A stretch of DNA of 63,058 bases, filler included, from Folioceros fuciformis (lineage: Eukaryota), in assembly GCA_049999805.1 (NCBI GenBank). It is 6 parts of 6 records of this genome, joined end to end, with 100 filler letters (N's around TTAATTAATTAA, not from the genome) between each part and the next. Parts side by side here need not be neighbours in the genome. Positions count along the whole stretch, not along the records: positions 13,511 to 23,529 come from JBNGIO010005479.1; positions 23,630 to 36,736 come from JBNGIO010005483.1; 4 more parts are not named here. One strand, written 5' to 3'. The number at the start of each line of letters is the position of its first letter. Position 1 is the stretch's first letter. Below, piece after piece: positions 23,302 through 35,500 of this stretch. A program made the position numbers and the translations under genes. Under the pieces are notes generated by a model, which did no database searches, was not told the DNA's origin, and was given only the letters and a program-made list of their open reading frames with translations.

Positions 23302-23529
23302 GACACCAACTTGCATACATAGTTGAAGTCTTCCTTGGACCTTGATCTTATCTTCCTTTGTTTCGATTTGTGTGGAAACTAGACACGTACTCGCATATAT
23401 AGCTGAAGTCTTCCTTGGACCTTGATCTTATCTTCCTTCGTTTCGATTTGTGTGGAAACTAGACACCAACTCGCATATATAGCTGAAGTCTTCCTTGGAC
23501 CTTGATCTTATCTTCCTTCGTTTCGATTT
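23302..23529. repeat. 80-bp tandem repeat (~3 copies, runs into contig end)
   Basis: AG(C/T)TGAAGTCTTCCTTGGACC at 23321, 23401 and 23481. Confidence 0.9.
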
Positions 23530-23629
23530 NNNNNNNNNNNNNNNNNNNNNNNNNNNNNNNNNNNNNNNNNNNNTTAATTAATTAANNNNNNNNNNNNNNN
23601 NNNNNNNNNNNNNNNNNNNNNNNNNNNNN
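23530..23629. other. Artificial contig linker
   Basis: 44N + TTAATTAATTAA + 44N. Confidence 0.97.
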
Positions 23630-25329
23630 AACTTGCGACGCAAAAGTGGGAGGAGAAACATCTATAAGTTGTGGTGTAAAAGGTAAAAAGGTAGCATCTC
23701 CTTAAGTGAGGTACGCCATGAAAGTCTCGTTATAGGTACGTGGTGCAGGAGAGCCCATAGCAATGAATGATTGAAGCATTGAACCCCTACACAACAAAGA
23801 ATGAATGACATTTTGTGTTCTTTGCATCCCTATGTAAGGATATTTGGGCGGGCAAGATTCAAGTTGTGAGACAACCATGGCAGGCAAACCTGAACGAGTG
23901 CCAAGGTTTGAGTTTCGAACACGCTCGCACACATGCCATGGCGAGGAGGGGCGCTTGCTATGAGTTTACAACATCGTAACTTGAACAAGTAAATATGCCA
24001 TGTGGCAGCACATCATTGTACGTAAAAACTCAACCGGGGTATGTCAGTTTCGACCGGCATCATGAGGCCGGTCGAAACTGACACAATTTCATGCGGTATT
24101 CTTGGGTGATCGGGCTCTTTGTGTGAAAGGCAGGAAATGATCTTGGCCAATAAAAACGTCCTGATTTGTCCACCACCACCATATGTGAATCTAGCCTAAA
24201 CCTGGTCAACTGAAATTTGAGGGATGACATGTATGGGTGGTTCTCCTCCTTGGAACAACCATGGATGGAGGAGCTACAACCATATGGACACGTGAGGATG
24301 CAGGAGTTCACTACTACAGGCAGGTGCTGCCAGACTCCCGTCACCCTGAGCAACCTGCCACAAGACATTGGGAAGGAAGATGGAGGAGAAGCAGAACTGG
24401 AAGCTCAGTTCGAAGGCTTGGCATCCATTTCCAATAACTGGGCCTAAGAAACGCTTAGTTTGGAGTACCGCAGAGCTACGGCGAGCAAGGGTGCATGTGC
24501 AACCCTTGGGGTCCTTCATGTGGCTTTCACATCAAAGAAGACGAGCTTCCTCTTCACTACGCAGTGCACTTCAATGAGTTGCATCGGAAACCTAGAATAG
24601 AAATACTACGCGGTTTTCAGGCTCACGTCGCCGTTCGTAATGAACGGCGCCGTGAATCGCGTAGTGCTTGGGGAGAAGCTTTCATAATGAGGGTCCGAAA
24701 AGTGCTGAATTGGTCAGCGCTATCTCAGGGTTGGGTTCCGGCGAGCTAAATAATGAAGTTAATTTATAATCTCATTCTAGGAGAGCATGAGATCATAAGA
24801 GATAGGCCTAGAGTCTAGACCTAAACCTACATAAGAAGGCAGTGTATATACGTCTTTCCACTCTTTGGATTCTTATGTTAGGGTTTTTATTTCTTGGTTG
24901 TCCTGTCCCATTTCCTTGGTGGAGAAGAGTCTTGCTTGTTTTTGTCATGTGTTATGTTAGAGTTGTTTTTTCTGTTATTTAGTTTTCGTGGTAGAGACAA
25001 TCCTCTACCAAGGTTTTGGTATCTTGAAGTTTTGAAGTGCATGGTTTCTTCATTTTGGTTTTGTATGATATTTTATGCCCCAAAATAGGTTTGCAATCTT
25101 GTTTCTTAACTTGGTTCTCCTAATGCACTTCTTCAAGAGGATAATTTATTGCTTTATTCTATGATTATAGCTGTTTTAATGACAATTATTGAGGTAGCTA
25201 CCGGAGAGGAGATTGAACAAAAAGCGGGCTAGAATATGGTGGAAATTCCCTTGTCAAGTAACATTGTGGTGAGATGTTCACATGAGAGCTTGACAAACCA
25301 ATGGAGAAGCGGTGAGAGATGCTCAGTGG

Positions 25330-25690
25330 CATTTTGCTTATAGGATGTCATACCCTAATTTCATGGCCTTGGTTGACCTTTTCAAGCCTTATATTGTGCA
25401 TGTTGGGTTAAGAGAACCAGTGGAGTTACACCATGTTGTTGCCATGGTATTGCATTGACTTGCTAAAGGGCTTCCACCACATACTGTTGTAGACATGTAT
25501 GGTGTTGGGGCATCCACTATGGTTCAGTACACTTTGTTGGTTGCTAAAGTTTTAAGCAATCGTGACAAGTTGTTCTCAAGATTTATTTCTTGGCCCTCTA
25601 CAATTTGGCTACAGAATGTATCTACAAAGGTTTTGGTTCTCACAAGATTACCAAATATGGTTGGAGCAGTAAATGGATCTCATATAAACC
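25330..25690 (+). pseudogene. PIF/Harbinger DDE transposase fragment
   Basis: LREPVELHHVVAMVLH*LAKG..DMYGVGAST..FISWP..LPNMVGAVNGSHI resembles the Harbinger HTH and the FPNCIGAIDGTHI motif; contains stops. Confidence 0.75.
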
Positions 25691-26297
25691 CCTCGTCACA
25701 AGAGGACCAGGAAGATCCTTAGGGTGGTCGAGAGCTGTCTCTCCAACTCCGCGATTGGTGTGGCTAGTGTAAGAGGTGTTCTACACCTGTGAGGAAGAGA
25801 AACTTCTACAGAGGGTCAGGTGGGGAACGTGAGTTTCGCGAAACCCCTGGAAAGCCGAGAGGGAGCTCAAGTTTTGTGAAACTCTTGAGAGCCATCCGGC
25901 TGTGATTTTTCCCTTCCTCACGCCGCTATCTAACCAGGCCGTGTTTAAATCTCTGTGAGGAGTGTGTGTGGCTCAAGGAGGAGGCTTGAGTGGAGATTGA
26001 GTGTGTGAGAACTGTGTATGGATGAGACTGAGAAGTGCTAAGGAAGATTGCTGATAGATTGAGTGGAACAATACGCAACTTGATGTACCGTGGCTTCATA
26101 TCAACATACACGACATAGTAGCAACATCAGTTTGTGGTTCCCGTCGCATACTCGGGTTTTTGCACCCGTTCTCTGTACCTGCATTTCCATACCCGACTTT
26201 CCATACACGGGATGGAAGGATTCCAAACCCATAATGTTTTGCTTTCTCTTTCACAAAGATTTGAGGTTAATCTGGATGTCTAGATGCATGAATGCAG

Positions 26298-26489
26298 GAG
26301 CGGGCTTACGAGAGTGACTATGGCTCACAGGCCGACTATGGCATGAAGCACATGCGATCCTTCACAAACATGTGCAACTTTGGGTTCGGTCCTGAGAAGG
26401 TGGCAAAAGCTGTGGCAGAAGCATGTTCGATCGACATGATCAGTGGTGGTAGGGAATGGGCACCTCTTACAACAGGCTTTAGTACTTAA
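26298..26489 (+). pseudogene. Isolated last exon of a vacuolar processing enzyme (legumain) gene
   Basis: After a CAG acceptor: ERAYESDYGSQADYGMKHMRSFTNMCNFG..AVAEAC..WAPLTTGFST*, matching the VPE C-terminal prodomain (YGMKHMRS.ANICN..WSSL..GFSA). Confidence 0.7.
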
Positions 26490-28194
26490 GTTTTCTCACC
26501 GGGTTTGGAGGAGTTGCTGTACATAGTGCATGCTGCTGGCATTGAGCCGAATTCTACCCTTCTAAAACCAAAAGCGTGGATTCTGACCTTCTAAGACGAA
26601 AAGTGTAATTGACCCAATCAAAACTGAGTGCTATCTGCTATCTCCTCTCAACACCCTACAAAAGTGGATTGGTCACCTTCTAAAACCAAAAGCCTATTTT
26701 AGCTCATCAATCCACCCTTTATCAACTGCCTATGTTCCACCTCACTGTCTTTTTCTTCTTACACACAACTTCCTCCAATCCAACATATTGTTTCAATCTG
26801 TTTGTGCCCTCATTCTCAACAAAAGTTTCCAACACTTGTTTCCGTTGAGGTTCTTCGTCTGCTCGTGCCACTAACTGTCTCACCTTCTGTTGAGTTTGCT
26901 CCATAATGCAAGCTATCCCAAAAGCTAAATCTAAATGCTCAAATGCGGTATCACGTACTTCAGTACATGCCGTTTTAATAAAATCCAACCGTTTTTCTTT
27001 TGCCATCTCCAATTGTGTCTTACATATTGGTGCCACCAAGGGGTTACTAGGCAACACAATGTGTGGAGCTTCTTGATCCTTCATCCAAAAAGCCATAGCC
27101 AAGTTGTTGGTATCACTACTTTCAGCAACATACGCTCCATTTGTTCTTCCATTTTGCCTAGCTGCTGCTCATCCTTGTATATGCCAAGGAGTTGTTGAAC
27201 GTTCACCACATGCTTGTAGATGAAACCTTTGTTCTCCATTGGACATGAGCATGTAGCGCAAAGAGACTAAACATGTTCAATCACATACCACAAGTTAGAG
27301 GTCGATGAAGACAAACAATGTGCAGCAACATTTTCGGCATGCGGTAAAATAACTGAGCTAATAGGAATAGTTTCTGTACCCTTCATAGTGGTTTCCTCCA
27401 AAGCCTCCACCTTCTTGTAATGCCTGTATCCCCCTTCTTTCATGAAGTGCTGCACTAATAATGTCGGGTAACCACATTCACTAATTGGTGTAGTAACCAG
27501 TCTAGTCTACGGCCAGACAAACTTGACTTGCTAAATGCTGCACGTTCTTTTATAAATCTATGGAATCCTTCCACAGCTGAAGTTGTATGTTGCCCTACAT
27601 GAGGTAACATTCTAGCATTACACAACCACATATCTATATATGAAGGTCCCCATTGGACCTTCATATATCTCACAAAGTCTCCTTCCCTTGTACCCCACTT
27701 GTCATAAAAATTGTGTAGTATACTTCTTCCTATGGAAACACACTGTGAAGATGTGCTTGCCCCAGTAACATACATAATATCCCCTAGCTCTGCCCATATT
27801 GAAATTCGATTACTTTGTGAGTGCACTTTTTTCAATAAATTCCATCTCCACGCTTTCCGCACATGCCACAAGCATAATAATATAGGCATATTATGATTCC
27901 ACACAGGGCGAATAGCAGAAATCTCTGTCTGACAATCATCAACAAGGAATGAACTAGGTGTCCAATCCTTGTTGATCTTTTTAATCTTTTCCTGTAAAGC
28001 TGAAAGCCACCTCACAAGTGACTCAGTACTAGCATCTTTTGTAATAGCCCATGCTATTGGAACACCGTTCAAGTAATGGTTAAAACCCATCGCAATGAAT
28101 AAGTGGTAGCGATACCTGTTCAACCCAAAAGTTGCATCCATATCTAGCACATTACCATTCTCATAAAATAACATGCAATTTAACATAAAAGGAG

Positions 28195-28234
28195 TTTGGG
28201 TTTAGGGTTTAAACCCCTAAACCCTAAACCCAAA
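28195..28234. repeat. Inverted (head-to-head) plant telomere repeats
   Basis: TTTGGG TTTAGGG TTT AAACCCCT AAACCCT AAACCC AAA. Confidence 0.85.
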
Positions 28235-28669
28235 GCGAAAGGTTGATTCTTGATTGATTGGTGGAAGACTATAGATGCATTTTGCTCCGACCATAGGGAT
28301 ACTGATGTGGCATCATCCGGGGCTAGCTTCCATGCACCAACTTCAGTGTAAGTATATTGAGAATATCATATTTTTGCATATAATCATCTCTTACTAGCTC
28401 ATATACCTATGTCTGATTATTGATTTGAGCATACAATGCATCTTGATGCCGATACATTATTTCATCAACAGGAACTTTGCAATACAGGCAATGACTAATC
28501 CAATCCTTCTTTTCCTGTGAAAGCCATGCTACTGTGGCATCACAGGATAAGCCTTCGTACCCAGGCCCATGACATATAGCATTTGAAAGGTCAATCTGCC
28601 TATGTTCAAAAAGACCAATCTCAGCAACCGTAAGCCACATAAGAAGTTTCTTCACCCTAAAATTTGATT

Positions 28670-28849
28670 GGCAACCATGCTTGAAACTCTCTCCACGGAG
28701 GACCTTACACTTGTAACCATGCTTGAAACTCTCTCCACGGAGGACCTTACACTTGNNNNNNNNNNACTTGTAACCATGCTTGAAACTCTCTCCACGGAGG
28801 ACCTTACACTTGCAGCCATGCTTGAAACTCTCCACGGAGGACCTTACAC
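28670..28849. repeat. 42-bp tandem repeat inside the MULE ORF (~4 copies, 10-N gap)
   Basis: Unit AACCATGCTTGAAACTCTCTCCACGGAGGACCTTACACTTG(T/C), translating as CKVLRGESFKHGYK. Confidence 0.85.
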
Positions 28850-28875
28850 CCTAAACTGTATTAGCACCACGTAAC

Positions 28876-29267
28876 TGTTGAGATGTCACCCCCGCCATGC
28901 TCAAAAGAGGTTAAAACAAGTTAGTTGAAGCAAGATGCAGAATCCCAAAAATAAGAGCACTATAAACTCAGTTAAACTCAAATAAAAGGAGAATTACAAA
29001 AACAACACAATACAAGTGAAGAGGGAGTTAGACTACAAATACTAGGTGGGTTCATCCCTTCTTTTATGGACCTATGGGTGGCACTCTCATTTCGTGCCCA
29101 ATATGGGATAAATGACCCCAAACCCTACAATAGCTTTTTGCCTAACATAACAAAGTCTAATAAGCTATATATATTAATCATAACCTTAATCACTCTTACC
29201 ACTAATTAGTACAAACTCAATAAGTTGGATTAGCACTAATTAATCTCAACATTAATTATGCTTAACA
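28876..29267 (-). mobile_element. Solo LTR (392 bp) with 5-bp target-site duplication GTAAC
   Basis: TGTT...AACA termini; GTAAC at 28871-28875 and 29268-29272; same family as the LTR start at 13337. Confidence 0.92.
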
Positions 29268-30799
29268 GTAACACTCCCACCTCCTTTTGGCGAAAGTCTT
29301 GAAAGTCTTCTAGGTTGTAAGAACACAAATACTTGCAAGCCAGCCTCACAATGTTAATACCTCTCTAAGTAATAAAACAATTTGCATACTTCAAACCTTC
29401 TTACCTAACCTATGATGAAGCTGTATGCATTGTCTGTACTCCAAGGCGAGATAAACTCCCCGGCCCCTTAGAATCTTTATTGTAGAAGTTCATAGGATGA
29501 GAACTTATAACACTCATTCCCCCCAATAAAGTCTCCCAATTTAGAAAAGAGTATGTGAGCCATCTTCACATGTTTTTGCTGCCTTGGTGCCCCTAGAATG
29601 GTCATATTGAGAAGAAACCTAGTTTAGGTCCCTAATTTAGGAAGGTGTGTTAGTTGGTAACTCTTCTAAATTAATATAAGAACTCAAATCCATATTATTA
29701 TTCATAAATTATATTTTCCTATACCAAAGAAAAAAAACCTTAATCCTAACCCTAATCTCAACCTTTAACCAAAATCCCTATCCCTAATCACAAAAGCGCT
29801 TGAAAGCCAAGATTGAACATGCCGCTCTAAACTCGCATATTACGCTATCGCTATGCAAATGACGGGAGTTCACATACCATAAGCTTGTGAGCCAGGGTGC
29901 ACTTGGAGCCTTAAACAAGTATTATTAGTAACGTATAAGCGGGTAGGGACGAGCGGATTTCTTATGTCCCGTGTTGGTGGTATGTAGCGCACGGGCGTCA
30001 AAACTTTTGGCCACCTATTCGGATTATGCATGACTAACCATAGCATGCGATGGGCAAGGACATACAGGGGTATACAGGGGTATGTGTCGTGGCCGTGGAG
30101 GGCCGTGCGGACACACGTGCCGACCTTAATGGCCATCGGGTATCCATTTGGAAGCGTGCGGATGTGGTGGGTACACAGGCCCACAGGGCAAGTGCGACAA
30201 GGCGCTGGACCGGTGGACTGACAAGGCTTCTCGTCGAGGAAGGTTTGCCAGAAGCTGCACTGCTCATGCGCGTGGGTGCTTCCCTGCTATAAAGCTGTCC
30301 AGGCTTCGCTGCTGATGGGAGGGTTGCTAGTGTTGGGCTGCCGGGCACGGGGTTTGGTGCATGTGGAGGTTGAGAGAGCCCGAGGGCCCGGCTGGTGCGT
30401 GCGCAGGCACGGTGTGAAGTTTGGAGCTGCAGTCCGTTTGCTGATGTCCACTGGAGTGCAGTAGGGATAGTGGCAGGGTTTGTGCGATTGGCTTGAGAGG
30501 TGGTGGCTGTTGTGGTAGGAACTTACATACTTGTGCCTTCACATTGAGGTTGTTGGTGGGAAGTGTGTCCAAGATTGGTAAGTGGCAGCAGTGAGTGAGC
30601 GCTGACTCTGATGAGAAATGTATGTCGGGTGGGGCTCGGGACGGCACAGATGACGAAGCAAGCGGGCTTGGAGGTGGTGTTGCCCACGGCTGGTAGGCGG
30701 TGAGTCAGGTGGTGGGATGACGGGTGGACATGGTCGGTGCGAGACGCGTGTGCTCGGCGAGCGGTAGTTTGGCGGAAGAGCGAATTTGATGGAGTGTAA

Positions 30800-32350
30800 G
30801 TGGAAGGATGGTGTGATGATGCGGGATTGGTGGCATGGTGCTTAGGTGAGGGACAAGTGGTTGTGAAGAACGCGTGTGCCGGCGGTGTGCAAACTGTTGT
30901 GTTCCGAGCTGTGTTGCCAGATGATCGTCTGCCGAGCGGCAGATGCAGCGCCGCTTGAGTGTTGTGTTGGCAGATGTGTGTGTAATCTGAAGTTGGTGAA
31001 GTGATTGTGTGGAGGGGCCACGGCAGTGAAACTGTAGATTGCAGGATCCGGAGCCCGTGAATGAGCTGGTGGGGCAGGGCAGGGGTGAAGTGGAGTAGTA
31101 CTCCCGGGGTGGATTGAAAGTTTTGTCGCTAGCTAGTTCATTGTCTGCCGACCGAGATGGAGGCACTGGATGAGTGTTGTGAAGCTTTGCGAAAATGTGT
31201 CCAGAGGTCATGGCAGTGACGGTGTGGGTGGCAGGATTCGGATGCCGTGAATGACGTGCCTTGATACAACAGTGGGCACCCTTGGTGTGAGACGCCTGGG
31301 ATCGGCTCAGCGGGGTGTGTTTTCATGCGTAGTTCGGCAAGACACGCGTACTTGACGACTGCGCGGCGAAGGACGCTTTGATGATGCGATATTGGTGCCA
31401 TCGCGCCCAGGTGGGGAACAAGTTGTGGAACGTGTGTCCCGGCAGTGTGCAAAGTGACGCTTGTGGGACGGTCTTTCGGGGTGGATTGAAAGTTGGGTGA
31501 CTAGTTGCTCCTCTGCCGACGCGGATGGATGCAGTCCCAGATGAGTGTCGCGATGGCTGATGTCCCTTCAAGCTTGGTGTATCCTTTCCAGGGGTGATGA
31601 CAGTGAAACTGTCATCACCCCTGTGTGGCAGGATCTGGATGCCGTGAATTAGCTGGTGAGATAACGGTGGACACTTTTCTTCGAGAGACGCATCTGCTTG
31701 ACGGGCGGTGTCGGTGCGACCGTGGTTATTTTGGGAGAAGAGCCCGTTGATGGAGTCAACAACTTTGTGATCGATAGCTTGCGGGCTTGGTGGCATGGTG
31801 CTTAGGGGAGGTGCGAGGGGTGGAACTGGTGTCTTGACTTGTGTGCATACGTACGTGTGGTTGATGGATGTCAGTCGATTGTGTGTGGATCCGAATCGAT
31901 GCACGGGATGAGTGTTGTGATGACTGATGAATGTTGAAGGTTTGTCAAATTGTCTTCAGAAAAGTGCTGGCATTAACGCTGTGGGTGGCAGGTTCGGGAG
32001 CATGTGAATCGGCTTTTCTGATGCAAGGGTGGATATCTCGGGTGCGAGACGCGTCGGGTTGGCTGGCGGTGCAGGTGTGCGTATGGTCAAAACATCGCAT
32101 TTCATTATGTATTGTGAGGGGGAGGATGTGCGATGATGCGGGCCTGGCGGCATGGTGCTGAGGTGAGGCTCAAGTGGTGGGCAGGAACGCGTTCCCTGGA
32201 TGTGTGGATGCAATCTGACGATATTTTGGATAGCACTTACGGGTGGATTGAATGAGGAACAGTTGTGTTGGTAGTTCATCCTGTGCGCGCCGCGCCCGGC
32301 GGGATGGATGCACCGGATGGGTGTTGTGATGGTTGATGGGTATTGAAGAT
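30800..32350. repeat. Highly degenerate tandem array, ~4-5 units of ~350-400 bp
   Basis: Anchors recur in order: TGGCATGGTGCT.AGG (~30831, 31395, 31791, 32149), GGTGGATTGAA (31108, 31480, 32243), GATGAGTGTTGTGA (~31169, 31540, 31907, 32317), GTGGCAGG.T..G (~31227, 31625, 31985). Confidence 0.7.
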
Positions 32351-32549
32351 TTGGCGATGATGAGGCAGAAAATGGTGCGTGCTTGCTGAGAATATGATGG
32401 TGATGTTGATGGCAGATTGATGGCGGGTGCAGGTGATTGTGTACAGTGGGATTCCTCCTAGACTGGAAGTGCCGTAAATTGTTGAACCTGGTAGTTGGCT
32501 GGGGTGGCCGGCTAGCGGCGAAGAGTGGTGGTGACGTCCATCGGCTGGC

Positions 32550-35500
32550 ATGGCAAGTTCGAGCTCCAGTAGACCGAAGGCTCAGGATTTGCATTCGGAT
32601 GAGGAGGTGGATCTTGTTGCGTGGCCGTGGCTTATGGTTCGTATGACAGGGACTCGTAGCAGTGTACCGAAGTTTCGTAAGGTGGATGTGGATATGCAGG
32701 CGTTTCCTACTAATTGGCAGCAACTTCTGGCCGAGCTGCGTGGCGACCCTTGGCCAGCAGGTGCCGATGGTTCCCACCCGCCGCGGCCGCCACGGCGCAC
32801 TAAGTTTCATCCTTATGATACGCTATTTTGGGAATTTGAAGACGACATATGCAACTGTCGTTGGGGAAGAGTGGAAGAGTGGCGGATGGTCTTGCTACAG
32901 GTGTTGGATGCAGTTAGCGTATGCCCGACTCTTGAGAACGTTGAGCTAAATGAGGTATTATCATCTGTACTGGACGTGGAAGGGTGGATTCGGTTCATGG
33001 TATCCTTATCCGGCAACTCCAATCTAGAAACTCTGGAGATATGCAGACCGGATAGGACAACTCCTGCGTATTGGATTGCTCTGGAACAATTACTGCTCCG
33101 CAGTCCTAAACTGAGCAAGTTGGTGATGAAGGAGAATAATGATAGGTAGTGGACGCCGATGATGTGCAGTTTGACGTGGAAGTCAGACAACAGAAACGTG
33201 GAGATGTTGGAGCGGGGCAATGTGGAAAGGAAGGTGGTAATGTTGTACAATACAGATGTTCTTCACAACTGCAACTTGATGTGGAGAAAGGTGCAGAACA
33301 ATCCGTCCTCCGCTTTGCAAGTGTTGCGCACAGATAATGTGCTACTCACTGTTAAAGCGGCTCATGAGGTCGTCACCTGTAATGATGATCGGATGGTACT
33401 AACTGATGCAGTGGTCATCCATAATAATGAGCGGAATGATGGTGTGCCAGTATTATCATTGGTGCACATATTGGAACAAAATGATGACCTTTTGCAAGAG
33501 TTGGCCATTCGTTTTACTAACGTCAAAGTTGAAAGAGGATGGAGAACTATGGTGGAAACAGTAGCAATGGCGTTGTCCAGAAACAAGTATCTTCAAAATT
33601 TAGACGTAGACATGCCTCTTTACAGAGGACTGATGCAGTGGCAGTGGGTGGCACAGTTTTTGCACATTGGATTAGGGATGGTGGGAAATAAATCTATTAC
33701 CAGCCTCCGTCTTAAGAATTTGCCATATGAATGTCTACCAGCCTTCAATGACGTGTTGACACTGAACGCAAAATTGCGAAATTGTCATCTCAACATGGAT
33801 AGGTTTCAGCCAACGGACAAGGATAGCGAGACATTACGTTTGGATACTATACATGCTGAGGGTTTGAAGGAACTGTATCTAGATGGCTACCACACACCAA
33901 TCTTCTTGCAAGAGGTTTTCCTCTCTTTAGGGCGCAATACTTCACTAGAATTGGTTATCGTAAAAGATGTGGATGTGCGGATGATTTTCGCAGACCTTCC
34001 ACGCGTCTTGAACAAAAATAGCACATTGAAAACGTTGAAGATAAATGATTATAGGTGGAAAAGAAGTAGCCAGTATGCTTTGGTGGAAGAAATTTTGAAG
34101 CGAAATCGATGTCAAGCTATATATTTACCTACACTATACCGACAGCAACTCCATTTTGATATTCCAAAAGTGGGTAAACTTTTCCTTTGTGGACCTTCGC
34201 AAGCAGGTAAAAAATACTAATTTTTACCATTACTTGTTATTACTTTCTTCTTAGAATGTTGTTATTGCTTATTTTCTGTTCTTCTTTTACTTATATGGAG
34301 CATGTGGTTAATTGTATGCTCGTAGGGAAGACCACCTTACGACGAAATATGGTACGTTATTTTCATCATTTCAAAGGTTGGACGTGTTTGGCAATACCAA
34401 ACCGAATCTCCTGGGTGATGACTAAAGGCATCGAAATCAAAAACATCATAACTCACGAGAAAGATTTCCAAGTAAGCATTTGGGATCTTGCTGGGCAAGT
34501 TGAATTTCGTATTCTCCATGATTATCTCTTTCCTAATATTCACCAAGCCTGCTTATTTTGCTTTGTGTTTAGTCCCTTTAATCATGCATCGGGACAGATG
34601 ATGTCTATTGAAAAGATGAGTCTAGAGTTTGAACAAGAGTTGTCATATTGGTTATCATTTATTGCGTCTAATGTCAAACAAGGAGGTGTAGTGAAACCGA
34701 AGTTATTGGTTATAATTACATATGTCGATAAATTTAAAAGCATGAAAACCGCAATTGAAAGTATTTTGAAATTGAAAATGGGAAAGCTAATTGAAACTTT
34801 TAAAGATATAATATATGTAGTTTCACATATAAAGATCATTGAGGCTCGCTCATTGAAATATATGCATGAACTATCGAGTGAAGTGATTATAAACTTGAAA
34901 ACTTTATGTCGAGAATCCGACAATGTTGTCCCTGAAGTGTGTCAAAAGTTGAGTAGTATCTTGATGAAGTGGGTATCTAAACATGCTTCCCAACCTTTCA
35001 TGAGGCAAGAAGAGTTCAGCAACTTTTGTGTTAAAAAACTAGAGGAGTTGACCAGGTTTGAGGGTAATAGTCGAGAAGAGATTATAACTGCCATTATAGC
35101 TTATCTCCATGATACTGGCAGAATAATTCATTTTAAAACTAATAACCTAATAGCTATTAATCCTAATTGGATTACTCAAGTCTTTCTTGGTGAGTTGATA
35201 CAATCACATGAACCACTCCTAGCCCGAAGCAGTCAAGGATTTGTGGAAAGAGACCAACTCCACTCTACCCTTGTTGACTTCACAAAGAATTTTATTGGAT
35301 TTGAGGCCCAAGACTTGGTGAATATTATGTTGGAGTTGGAGTTATGTTATGAAGCANNNNNNNNNNNNNNNNNNNNNNNNNNNNNNNNNNNNNNNNNNNN
35401 NNNNNNNNNNNNNNNNNNNNNNNNNNNNNNNNNNNNNNNNNNNNNNNNNNNNNNNNGCCCTAGAAGATATGAAGACGCCAGGGTTTTTCATTCCAACAAC

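Larger units (their letters stand above)
26722..28870 (-). mobile_element. Mutator-like (MULE) transposase with SWIM zinc finger, degenerate
   Basis: MDATFGLNRY..GVPIAW..FLVDD..LCLWHVRKAW..TTSAVEGFH; SWIM-like CSC..KH near 27200-27260; stops and frameshifts. Confidence 0.88.

Noticed and set aside
22038-23529. CRISPR-like appearance of the repeats
   Set aside because: Units are contiguous with no unique spacers; eukaryotic context; no cas genes
24217-24749. Several overlapping short ORFs
   Set aside because: No recognisable motif or consistent exon chain
28670-28849. In-frame 14-aa repeat expansion in the MULE transposase
   Set aside because: Straddles a 10-N gap, so copy number may be an assembly artefact
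30705-32810. Long His/Pro/Thr-rich minus-strand ORFs
   Set aside because: Explained by compositional skew (few stops) of the degenerate array; frames are not maintained between units
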